Origin: an uncultured Haliangium sp.
GTDB lineage: Bacteria > Pseudomonadota > Gammaproteobacteria > GCA-001735895
Assembly: GCA_964195735.1 (NCBI GenBank)
Contig: CAXMQY010000127.1
Span: forward strand, 1-61,952
Direction of reading: 5' to 3'
Length of the DNA stretch: 61,952 bases
Shown: positions 41,435 to 51,676 of the stretch, in pieces
Layout of the letters: each line of letters opens with the position of its first letter
How positions within the stretch are numbered: position 1 is the stretch's first letter
Position numbers and translations under genes: made by a program
The notes under the pieces: model-generated
Database searches by the model: none
What the model saw: the letters and a program-made list of their open reading frames with translations, nothing else
What the model was told of the DNA's origin: nothing

Positions 41435-42951
41435 TGCGCCAGCTCCAGTTCACGTCGGCGCTCGTTCGCAAATTGTTCCAGAGAAGTGCGAACCGTCGCA
41501 TCCATTTCCGGTTCTTCATAGCGCTCGAGGGTTTCGCGGTAAACCCGGTTGGCGCGCTGGTAAGCCGTCTGCTCGCCGTTTTCCGCCCAGGTTTCGAAAT
41601 TGCTCCAATCTGATACCAGCGGCTCGTAAAACGCCGTTGTGTAGTTGGCCAGGGTGTGCGCGGTGCCGAAGAAATGACCGCCGTGCCCCGCTTCGACGAT
41701 CGCATCGAGCGCCAGCGTGGACTCGTCGACTTGTAGCGGTTTCAGGGTTTCCGCCATCATCTGCAGCATGTCGATGTCGATGATGAACTTCTCGAAGGAT
41801 GCGCAAAGGCCGCCTTCCAGCCAGCCGGCGGCGTGCTTGACGATGTGTGCCCCACCCATCACCGCGCCCCACAACGACATTTGCGACTCCCAGGCGGCCT
41901 GTGCGTCGACGCAGTTCGAGGCATTGGTGTTGGATGAGCGAAATGGCATATTGTAGCGGCGCGTCAGTTGTCCGGTAGCCCAGGCCGCGCGCGTGTATTC
42001 CGGCGTACCGAAAGCCGGGGCGCCGCTGCGCATGTCGGCGTTAGAGGTAAAACCGCCGTAGACCATGGGTGCGCCCGGATTGACGATTTGCGACAGGGCG
42101 ATGACGCCGAGTGCCTCGGCATTCTGCTGCGCCAGCGCGCCGGCGATGGTGATCGGGCACATCGCGCCGGACAGCGTAAACGGGGTGACTATGGTGGGCT
42201 GGCCGTTTTGCGCCATTTCGATCAGGCCGTCGAGCATGGAGCCATCGACACGCAGCGGTGAGTTGGTATTGACCACGGTGATGATGCTGGGCTCGGACTT
42301 AAGCTGCTCGCGGTCGACGCCGCGCGCAATCGCGGTCATCTCGATGCCGTCGCTGACGCGACCGCCGCCGAGGCAATAAAGCGAAAAAGCGCGATCGGTC
42401 AGCGTCATCGCGGCCAGCGTGGCATCGAGGTGGCGCGTGTCCGGATGGATATCGATGGGTTCGACCGGGTAACCGCTGAGAAAGTCGATGACGTCAAAGC
42501 TCTGCGCCAGACGCAGGAAGTTGCAGTAATCCTCGAAATTTCCGGTGCGGCGCCCACCTTCCATGTCCGAGCTGTTGGGCGCACTCGCTACGGTGGTGAA
42601 GTTGACCGCATTGCCACCCACGAGGCGATTGCGTTCGGGGTTGCGCGAATGCATGGTGAATTGCGTCGGTACCGTGGCCAGGCGTCGCATCAGTTTTTCG
42701 CGGTCGATATAGACGCGTTGCAGATCCCAGTCGACGCGCGCACCGTCTTGCTCGTACAAACCCAGCGCGGATTCATTGAGAACTTCGAGACCGATTTCCT
42801 CGAGGATACGCATCGAACCGTCGTGTATCAGATCAAGCGCCTCTTTGCCCAACGCCTCTATCGGTTGATAGGGATTGAACAACTGTTCGGCCTTCGGTTT
42901 GACCAGTTCATCCGGCGTTGCCTGGCGGTTGCGACCTCTTCTGCGGCTCAT
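41431..42951 (-). CDS. Trimethylamine methyltransferase (MttB) family protein, non-pyrrolysine (MtgB-like)
   Basis: NTNSPLRVD, PFTLSGAMCPITIAG, GGFTSNADMRSGAPAFGTPE and HAAGWLEGGL motifs; no in-frame amber codon. Start 42951 is uncertain (alternative 42996). Confidence 0.92.
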   Translation of the reverse strand: MSRRRGRNRQATPDELVKPKAEQLFNPYQPIEALGKEALDLIHDGSMRILEEIGLEVLNESALGLYEQDGARVDWDLQRVYIDREKLMRRLATVPTQFTMHSRNPERNRLVGGNAVNFTTVASAPNSSDMEGGRRTGNFEDYCNFLRLAQSFDVIDFLSGYPVEPIDIHPDTRHLDATLAAMTLTDRAFSLYCLGGGRVSDGIEMTAIARGVDREQLKSEPSIITVVNTNSPLRVDGSMLDGLIEMAQNGQPTIVTPFTLSGAMCPITIAGALAQQNAEALGVIALSQIVNPGAPMVYGGFTSNADMRSGAPAFGTPEYTRAAWATGQLTRRYNMPFRSSNTNASNCVDAQAAWESQMSLWGAVMGGAHIVKHAAGWLEGGLCASFEKFIIDIDMLQMMAETLKPLQVDESTLALDAIVEAGHGGHFFGTAHTLANYTTAFYEPLVSDWSNFETWAENGEQTAYQRANRVYRETLERYEEPEMDATVRTSLEQFANERRRELELAQ

Positions 42952-43042
42952 TGTGCGTGACTCATGACGGACTCCCCCGATGGAACGTCTGATCATATGT
43001 GAGAAAACAACAGCGGTCTATAAGCGCTACAGTGGTTATTTA

Positions 43043-43058
43043 TAAACAATTTTGTTTA
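43043..43058. promoter_or_regulatory. Candidate operator palindrome upstream of the MttB operon
   Basis: TAAACAA-TT-TTGTTTA inside an AT-rich promoter-like region. Confidence 0.45.
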
Positions 43059-43188
43059 CTTAAATCAACAATATAATCAAGCCGTGACGGGATTCTCGGC
43101 CCAGTTGTTCGTGAATGTCGGCAAGATCAACAGTCGGTTGACGAATTCCAACGCCTTGTCATCTTAGGTGCAGGATTCCATTCTCGCG

Positions 43189-44004
43189 CTAGCGCAGATC
43201 GGGGTAAGCGCGATCGATGGCGAATTGTTCGGTTTCGACGACGTCGTGGTAATCCTGCAGTTGCACGCTGGCAAATCCCGTCAGGTGCAGCGTGGCTCGA
43301 ACCGCGCCTTCACAGGCCGTGAGTGCCTGGTTGAGCCGATCGACAATTGCGCCAGTATCGTTTTCGGTAATGGCCGTAAGCGGCATCACCAGTGGCAGTC
43401 CGCAGGTTTTTACGGTGTCGCCAATAATCCGCACCCGCGCGACCAGTTCGGGTTGCCAGTCGGCAATCAACTGGTAACTGACGCAATCGATGGCGGCGAC
43501 ATCGGCCGCGCCGCTCGCCACCGCTTCGAGGCTGTGCAAATGCCCGCCACTGGTAAGCACGCGCGAAAAAAATGCACCCCCGTCTTCATGTATGCCTGCG
43601 ACCGCATGGCGCAATAGGTTCATGCCACTGTTTGAATCCGAGTTGTTCATTGCCGTAACATGATCGCGGCATTCGGCCAGCGATTGAAGCTTCGACTCGG
43701 CGCCAACAATGATACGACTCGAGTACCGCCTGCCCTCGGTACCCTGGACGTTGAACAGTGGCACGCAAAACGGACTGAAATCATCTTGCAGGTGTGATAC
43801 CAGCGGATAGCCACAGGTATGCCCGAACCACAGCCCGGGCTCGCGTAATATCGCCGAGCCGTGCTCGAACTTCAGTGTTATTTGCCCGGGTGCGATATCC
43901 GACAGGTCGAAAAAATGATCGAACAACTGTTGCCAGGCATTTTGTTGCGCCTGGGTAAATGCGTACATGCCGCAGGCGATAAATCGATTGGAATCCCCGT
44001 TCAT
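43189..44004 (-). CDS. PhnD/SsuA/transferrin-like substrate-binding protein (no evident signal peptide)
   Basis: HTCGYP, YSSRIIV, NNSDSNSG, SGGHLHSLEAVASGAADVAAIDCV motifs. Start 44004 or 44037. Confidence 0.8.
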   Translation of the reverse strand: MNGDSNRFIACGMYAFTQAQQNAWQQLFDHFFDLSDIAPGQITLKFEHGSAILREPGLWFGHTCGYPLVSHLQDDFSPFCVPLFNVQGTEGRRYSSRIIVGAESKLQSLAECRDHVTAMNNSDSNSGMNLLRHAVAGIHEDGGAFFSRVLTSGGHLHSLEAVASGAADVAAIDCVSYQLIADWQPELVARVRIIGDTVKTCGLPLVMPLTAITENDTGAIVDRLNQALTACEGAVRATLHLTGFASVQLQDYHDVVETEQFAIDRAYPDLR

Positions 44005-44166
44005 GCGCTCAAAGTAGCGCGCAATTTCGCAAAACACCAGAAATGATACCTACGGACTCCCGCAGAAAATATTTTTATCCAACCAGCGCTTGATCCCGAC
44101 CGGGTATTTCCAGTTAAACTAGCGTCTTTTCTGCCCGCAAACTGACGCTGAAAGGATGGCACGCTA

Positions 44167-46410
44167 ATGCCCCACTCCACCTATCTCCCCGAAAAAATGG
44201 GTTCGGCCGTGGTCGAACCGAGCGGTAGCTTCGAAGCCGGCTCTTACCAGGAATTCACGCTGACCTATACTGCCGGCTATTTCGGCATCGACGATACCGG
44301 TTCGCTCAAGGTCGTTCACCGCTTCGCCTCGGACATGGGGCGCCCACAGTTCGACAACCCACAGGCCGCCAATTACGTTACCGTGGAGGCCAGCAACGGC
44401 GCGGTGCTGCACGTCGAATACGACATGAAGCGCAATATTCGCCCCTGGGACAAGACGCTCTACATCAAGGTGGTGCGCGGTTTCCTGCGCGAAGGCGACC
44501 AGATAGTGGTGCGCTTCGGCGATCGCCGCCAGGGCTCGCCCGGCATGCGCATCCAGACCTTTTGCGAGGCGACCTTCGAGTTCAAGGTGCTGGTCGACGC
44601 GATCGCGACCTACAACTACGTCGAACTACCCGAGCAACCCGTAATCGCGATCGTGCCCGGCCCGCCGGTATTGTTCAAGGCTATCCTGCCGACCTCGCGG
44701 CGCCAGGGCGAAAAATTTCGGCTGTGCATCAAGGGCGAGGATCGCTGGGGTAATCCGTCGAACCTCTGCGACCAGCAACTGGAGCTGCGCTCTAACTTGC
44801 CGTTCGATGCCCTGCCCGCAGGCATTCAGTTCGAACCCGGACAGTTCGCGCAAATTGTCGAGGGGCTTGCCGTCAGTCAAGCGGGCGATCTCGTCATCGA
44901 ACTACTCGACAACGAGGGCGGTGTCGTCGCCCGATCCAATCCCTGCCGCATCGTCTCGTCCACGGATCTGCTGCCTTACTGGGGCGACCTGCACGGGCAG
45001 TCCGAGGAAACCATCGGCACCAACTCGGCGCGTGATTTTTACGAGTTCGGGCGCGATAAGGCCTTCCTCGACATTTGTGTGCACCAGGGCAACGACTTTC
45101 AGATCACCACCGAATTCTGGCACTGGTTGAACGAACTATCTGCAGAATTTACCGAGGACGGCAGCTTCATCGTCTTCCCCGGCTGGGAGTGGTCCGGCAA
45201 TACCGGGCTCGGCGGCGACCGCAACGTGCTGCACATGCAGGAGGGCCGTCAGATCCACCGTTCCTCGCACGCACTGGTCGACGATTTGTCTGATGTCGAC
45301 AGCGACGCGACCTCGGCCGGGGATTTGTTCGAGGCGCTCAAGGGCGAAGATTGTACCGTTTTTGCGCACATCGGCGGTCGCTATGCCGATATCAAGGTCG
45401 CGCATGATCAGCGCCTCGAAAAAGGCGTCGAGGTGCATTCGGCCTGGGGCACCTTCGAGTGGCTGATCCACGACGCCTTCGAGCAGGGCTATCGTGTCGG
45501 CATATTGTCCAATTCCGACGGCCACAAGGGCCGGCCCGGCGCGTCGCACCCAGGCTCCACCAAGTTCGGCGCCTACGGCGGGCTGACTTGCGTTCTGGCG
45601 CCGGCTTTCACGCGCGCCGGCATCATGCAGGGCCTGCGCCAGCGCCATCATTACGGCACCACCGGAAACCGTGTCATTCTCGATACTCGCGTCGAATTCA
45701 GCGCGGACGCCGAACTGTTCAGCGACGACCCGCGCCTCGGTGACGTCAGTTCACAGACCGTGCGCGGCGCGATGATGGGCGACATTCTGCGCAGCGATGC
45801 CGAATCGGTCACTTTCACGATCGACGTCCACGGTACCGCCCCGATCGAACGCATCGACATCCGCAACGGCCTCGACACGCTGGAAGTCTATCGCCCGTAT
45901 AGCGAATCCGATCTTGGCCGCCGCATCCGCGTGATCTGGGAGGGATCCGAGTATCGCGGGCGTGGGCGCGAAACTATCTGGGATGGCCACGCCGAACTGC
46001 ACGACAACAGTTTCGATAGCCTGACTGCCATCAATCGCTTCAACATCGACAGGCGCTTCGAACAGACCGTACCCGGCCGCGTCGAATGGAGCGCACTCAC
46101 CACCGGTGGGTTCGGCGGATTCGAAGCGATGCTGGGTGATGCCAGCGCGGGCAGCCTCGAAATCGACACCGCGCTGATTCAACAGCGCATCGATATCGAC
46201 TCGATCGGTTACGATGAACAGATCTTCGAAAACGGCGGCATCGAGCGCCGTATCCGCGTGTTTCGCCTGCCCGACCAGAATCCGCACGAGTCGGTGCGCA
46301 TCGAACGCCAGGTTCCGCTGCGCGATGACCGGGACAATGCGCTCTACGTGCGTGTCACCTTCGAGGACGGCCACTACGCGTGGTCTAGCCCGATTTACCT
46401 GTTTCGCTAA
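44167..46410 (+). CDS. DUF3604-like PHP-family metallohydrolase, 747 aa
   Basis: YWGDLHGQS, FPGWEWS, DRNV, AH, VEVHS.WG and SNSDGHKGRPG fit a PHP/DUF3604 metal-binding pattern; beta-rich flanks. Confidence 0.72.
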   Translation: MPHSTYLPEKMGSAVVEPSGSFEAGSYQEFTLTYTAGYFGIDDTGSLKVVHRFASDMGRPQFDNPQAANYVTVEASNGAVLHVEYDMKRNIRPWDKTLYIKVVRGFLREGDQIVVRFGDRRQGSPGMRIQTFCEATFEFKVLVDAIATYNYVELPEQPVIAIVPGPPVLFKAILPTSRRQGEKFRLCIKGEDRWGNPSNLCDQQLELRSNLPFDALPAGIQFEPGQFAQIVEGLAVSQAGDLVIELLDNEGGVVARSNPCRIVSSTDLLPYWGDLHGQSEETIGTNSARDFYEFGRDKAFLDICVHQGNDFQITTEFWHWLNELSAEFTEDGSFIVFPGWEWSGNTGLGGDRNVLHMQEGRQIHRSSHALVDDLSDVDSDATSAGDLFEALKGEDCTVFAHIGGRYADIKVAHDQRLEKGVEVHSAWGTFEWLIHDAFEQGYRVGILSNSDGHKGRPGASHPGSTKFGAYGGLTCVLAPAFTRAGIMQGLRQRHHYGTTGNRVILDTRVEFSADAELFSDDPRLGDVSSQTVRGAMMGDILRSDAESVTFTIDVHGTAPIERIDIRNGLDTLEVYRPYSESDLGRRIRVIWEGSEYRGRGRETIWDGHAELHDNSFDSLTAINRFNIDRRFEQTVPGRVEWSALTTGGFGGFEAMLGDASAGSLEIDTALIQQRIDIDSIGYDEQIFENGGIERRIRVFRLPDQNPHESVRIERQVPLRDDRDNALYVRVTFEDGHYAWSSPIYLFR

Positions 46411-46418
46411 CACCGATT

Positions 46419-47270
46419 GTGATGCTGTTAACACCTCTTACCCCCCATCTCGGCGCCGAGATCACCGACATCGATATCCGTCAACTGGACGCTGCTGGCT
46501 TCGAAAAGCTGCGTCAGCACTGGCTCGATTACAAGGTGCTGTTTCTGCGCGAGCAACAGACAGGGCTGAATGAACTGCTGCATTTCAGCCGCCGCTTCGG
46601 TGAGTTGATGCGCCTACCCTACATCAAGCCGCTCGAGGATCACCCGGATATCATCCGCGTTCTCAAGGAGGAAGACGAGGTCGATATGGGCGTGTTTGGT
46701 GGCGACTGGCATTCCGATTTCAGTTTCCTGGCGGCGCCTCCGAGCGCGTCGATACTCTTCGCCGAACAAGTGCCTGCAGTCGGCGGCGATACCCTGTGGA
46801 TCGACATGGCGCAGGCGCTCCGGGCATTGCCGCGCGAGCAGCGCAGCCTGCTTGAAGGTAATATCGCGATACACAGCGGTCGCCCCTATGGCATTGCGCA
46901 CGCACCTGAGGAAAGCACCCGTTTCAAAGGGTCGATCGAGATCGAACGCGACAACCCGGAAGCCGACAATGAAACCCGGCACCCGGCAATTTGCCGCCAC
47001 CCGGAAACCGGCGAAGAAATGCTGTTCGTCAACCCCACCTACACCACGCGCATCGACGGCCTGCCAGCAGAGCAAAGCCGCCAGTTGCTGGCAGACCTGT
47101 ATCGGCACTGCAGCCGGCCCGAGTTCGGTTGCCGTTTCAGGTGGTCGGCGGGCAGCATCGCGATATGGGATAATCGCTCTACTCTTCACTATGCGGTCAA
47201 CGACTACGATGGCCAGCGACGCTGCCTGTATCGCATCACCATCGCTGGTCACGCTCCGCTTTCCGCCTGA
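46419..47270 (+). CDS. TauD/TfdA family dioxygenase (taurine dioxygenase-like)
   Basis: LGAEI, WHSD, GGDTLW and WDNRSTLHYA..R motifs. Confidence 0.9.
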   Translation: MMLLTPLTPHLGAEITDIDIRQLDAAGFEKLRQHWLDYKVLFLREQQTGLNELLHFSRRFGELMRLPYIKPLEDHPDIIRVLKEEDEVDMGVFGGDWHSDFSFLAAPPSASILFAEQVPAVGGDTLWIDMAQALRALPREQRSLLEGNIAIHSGRPYGIAHAPEESTRFKGSIEIERDNPEADNETRHPAICRHPETGEEMLFVNPTYTTRIDGLPAEQSRQLLADLYRHCSRPEFGCRFRWSAGSIAIWDNRSTLHYAVNDYDGQRRCLYRITIAGHAPLSA

Positions 47271-47391
47271 TACTCGACGTTCGCTCCTAACCCAAATTGA
47301 TTGCCGAATTTCGGCTCTACCTGCCAGATTTTAGCCTATAATTGCATTATTTAATGGCCGTACCGGCCCGGTAACACATGACCCCATTAAC

Positions 47392-48099
47392 ATGACGCTG
47401 CCCCAAGCCAATATTGATGTCGACGAAATCGATCTGAAACCGGTCGAAGATATCACTGCGTTCTCCGACAACGAGAAGATTCCGGTCGAACACGTCAATA
47501 TCGAGTTTGAGCAAAGCAATAAACTGCAGGGTATGCTGCGCCAATTGACTGTATTCAACGATTCCCAGTGCTACCAGAAGATCAAGCACAAGCACCGACG
47601 CAAATACAAGTTTCGCATCAATCTGGCCTACCTCGACCCGCGCCCGTTTCGCATTCGCCGCATCGTCTGGAAGTGGCTGTACGCCAGTCTGGCGCTGTGG
47701 GCGCTGGACGCGGGCCTTCTGTTGACAGACTGGTTCAACCCCGGGTTTGCCATTTTCTTCGGCATCGTCACCATCACGACCGTGACCGCGCTGATAACGC
47801 TGCTGACGTTTTTCTACCTGTCGCACGACACCGTGTATTTTCGCAGTAACTTCGGCAAGATCCGGCTGCTGGAACTGTCAAACAACAACCCGGACAAGAA
47901 AAGTTTTCACGTTTTCGTCAACAAGATCGTCGTGCAGATCAACAAGAGCAAGACCGCCAAGAACATGAACCAGAGTCAGTTCCTGACTTCCGAGTTAAAA
48001 GAACTGCGCCGGCTCAAGGATGAATCCATCGTGACGGAAGAATCCTACCAGAGAGCGAAAAGGCGAATTTTTAAACACGAAGCCTTCAGGTCGGCTTGA
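47392..48099 (+). CDS. Hypothetical membrane protein (2 TM, SHOCT-like tail)
   Basis: Two hydrophobic segments; C-terminal ELKELRRLKDESIVTEESYQRAKRRI. Confidence 0.7.
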   Translation: MTLPQANIDVDEIDLKPVEDITAFSDNEKIPVEHVNIEFEQSNKLQGMLRQLTVFNDSQCYQKIKHKHRRKYKFRINLAYLDPRPFRIRRIVWKWLYASLALWALDAGLLLTDWFNPGFAIFFGIVTITTVTALITLLTFFYLSHDTVYFRSNFGKIRLLELSNNNPDKKSFHVFVNKIVVQINKSKTAKNMNQSQFLTSELKELRRLKDESIVTEESYQRAKRRIFKHEAFRSA

Positions 48100-48177
48100 T
48101 AACGGCCGCGAACCAGCCTCGAGTATCAGCTAATCGCATTACCCGCAGGCCAGATTGGTGTAAAATAGCCGCTTTGA

Positions 48178-49560
<1,383 letters not shown>

Positions 49561-49571
49561 TTCGAAGAACC

Positions 49572-50711
49572 ATGCTCAATATCGATATCAACGAATTCGT
49601 AGAAAACTACTGGCAGAAAAAACCCTGCCTGCTGCGAAACGCCATTGCCGATTTCGATGCGGCCGTCAGCCCGGAAGAACTGGCCGGTCTCGCCTGCGAA
49701 GAAGATGTGCACTGCCGCCTGGTCATGGAGACGGGTGCCGAGCCACCGTGGACGCTGCGCTACGGCCCCTTCGAGGAAGCCGATTTCCTCGATCTGCCAG
49801 AATCGAATTACTCACTGCTGGTATCCGAATGCGAGAAATGGATACCCGAGTTGGCCGAATTGCTCGACCGGTTTCGCTTCCTGCCTGACTGGCGCATCGA
49901 TGACCTGATGATCAGCTATGCGCCCGCTGGCGGGTCGGTCGGGCCCCACGTCGACCAGTACGACGTGTTTCTGCTACAGACCCTTGGCAGACGTCGCTGG
50001 CTGTACAATGAAACTCCGGCGCAGGATCAGGCCATCATTCCAGACCTGGAGTTGGCGATCCTGCAGGAATTCACAGCCGATCAAGATGTGGTGCTGAATC
50101 CGGGTGACATTCTCTACCTGCCGCCCGGCTTCGCGCACCACGGTATTGCGCTGGAGCGTTGCATGACTTACTCGATCGGATTTCGCGCCCCGACCGCCAC
50201 CAGCGCGCTCGAATCCTTTGTGCTGGAATGCGAGGGCCTCGGCGTCACCGAGCGCTACCACGATGCGGACCTCGAACTCGATCGTCATCATGCCGAGATT
50301 ACCGATCAGGAAGTCGAGCGCCTGCGCACAATGGCCGCTCGCTTGCTTGAGCAATCGCCCGACCTGTGGCGCAACGCAGTAGGAAAAATGCTGTCCGACA
50401 GCGCGGTCGCAACTTCCGATATGGATGAGGATCAACCGGTTTACCTGTCCGATTTACAGGCATGCAGCTGGATCCGCCACCCGGAAACGCGCCTGCTCTA
50501 TCACCAATCCGACGGGGTAATCGAGGTCTACTACAATGGACGCGTGCACGCGTTACACGGGGACCGCGAAGTTGTCGATCAGCTGCAAAAATTGTGCGAG
50601 AATCGCGAATGGTCGGTCGAATTGATTAGCGAATCGATTAAATTCGAAGCACTGGGAGACTTGCTGATCGAACTAGCAACGAATCACGCAGTACTGCCGA
50701 TACATGAATAG
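49572..50711 (+). CDS. roxA: JmjC/cupin protein (RoxA/YcfD ribosomal protein uL16 hydroxylase-like)
   Basis: YWQKKP, WRIDDLMISYA..GGSVGPHVDQYDVFLLQ, PGDILYLPPGFAHHG; follows purB. Confidence 0.85.
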   Translation: MLNIDINEFVENYWQKKPCLLRNAIADFDAAVSPEELAGLACEEDVHCRLVMETGAEPPWTLRYGPFEEADFLDLPESNYSLLVSECEKWIPELAELLDRFRFLPDWRIDDLMISYAPAGGSVGPHVDQYDVFLLQTLGRRRWLYNETPAQDQAIIPDLELAILQEFTADQDVVLNPGDILYLPPGFAHHGIALERCMTYSIGFRAPTATSALESFVLECEGLGVTERYHDADLELDRHHAEITDQEVERLRTMAARLLEQSPDLWRNAVGKMLSDSAVATSDMDEDQPVYLSDLQACSWIRHPETRLLYHQSDGVIEVYYNGRVHALHGDREVVDQLQKLCENREWSVELISESIKFEALGDLLIELATNHAVLPIHE

Positions 50712-50735
50712 TAACTAGCGTATTTTCAATAAGTT

Positions 50736-51224
50736 ATGGATGAAACTTCGAGTATATTATTGGATGGCCGCAGCGACTGCACCGAGGCCGCCAGGACCCT
50801 CGTGCTGGGCTGCACCGGGCGCCTTTACCTGATCACGCAGCGACTCGAGGCGGAACTCTACAATCACGCTGAGATTCACGAGCATCTGGCGGTGCTGACG
50901 GTGTCGAATCGCAACACCGATATCCGCATCATCGCACAGGATACCCGCGTCGCAGCTAACCGGGGCCACTACCTGATTCACCTGGCACAAAAATTTCCGA
51001 CTTTCGTGCAGATCCGCACCACCGTGACGCCGGCTCACCGCAATTTCCGCGAGAGCTGGTTGCTTGCCGATGACAGCGCTTACCTGCGCCTGCGTAACCC
51101 GGATCGTTACGAGGGCTACTACGAACTCGACAACAAGCTCGAGTGTCGCTCCTACCACGAGCAGTTCATCGAAATGTGGGAAGCCTGCGAACCCGACCAG
51201 AACACCCGCCGCCTCAGCCTCTAA
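50736..51224 (+). CDS. Conserved hypothetical protein of the type found after purB-cupin (often GNAT-associated)
   Basis: Clean ORF in operon position; LEAELYNH, IRIIAQD, GHYLIHLAQK and F.EMWE pattern. Confidence 0.7.
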   Translation: MDETSSILLDGRSDCTEAARTLVLGCTGRLYLITQRLEAELYNHAEIHEHLAVLTVSNRNTDIRIIAQDTRVAANRGHYLIHLAQKFPTFVQIRTTVTPAHRNFRESWLLADDSAYLRLRNPDRYEGYYELDNKLECRSYHEQFIEMWEACEPDQNTRRLSL

Positions 51225-51369
51225 CCCGCCCTTCGTGGAGGCAAGTTCTGTCTACCCTTGGGGGCCTATACTGCCTAGAACAGGCCCTGGGGGAGGTGGA
51301 AAGCATTTCTGTACCTGATTCAAGCGCACAAAACCTATCGTGCGGACTAAATTTAACCAACAAGAAAAC

Positions 51370-51647
51370 GTCATGCCGGGCTTGACCCGGTATCCATTAC
51401 AACGCGCTTCGGAACTCCAGCGAAAGCCCTACAGGCTTTCGGGCAGGCTCGATGCCATCGTTACAATAGATTGCGGCTCGGGGGCCGCAATGACGGGGAC
51501 CTTCGTCATGCCGGGCTTGATCCGGCATCTATTACAACGATCCTGAGAAGTCAGGCGAAAGCCCTGCGGGCTTTCGGGAAGGTTTGGCGCCGCCTTTGAA
51601 ATGGGTTGCGGCTCGGGGGCCGCAACGACGAGGACCTTCGTCATGCG
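51370..51647. repeat. Tandem 135-bp BIME-like array of CGTC-tagged REPs (2 units plus a stub)
   Basis: GTCATGC begins at 51370, 51505 and 51640. Each unit has GTCATGCCGGGCTTGA.CCGG, a CGAAAGCC...GGCTTTCG hairpin and TTGCGGCTCGGGGGCCGCAA.GAC. Confidence 0.9.
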
Positions 51648-51676
51648 GCTATATCGAATTGCGATATTTGTGGGGT

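Noticed and set aside
41431-42951. Pyrrolysine recoding in the MttB-family gene
   Set aside because: The frame is open with no internal TAG, and no pyl genes are present.
34600-48100. Integrated phage, XerCD-exploiting element or Tn7 at dif/glmS
   Set aside because: No integrase, tns, rep or phage genes, no second dif copy and no Tn7 ends were seen.
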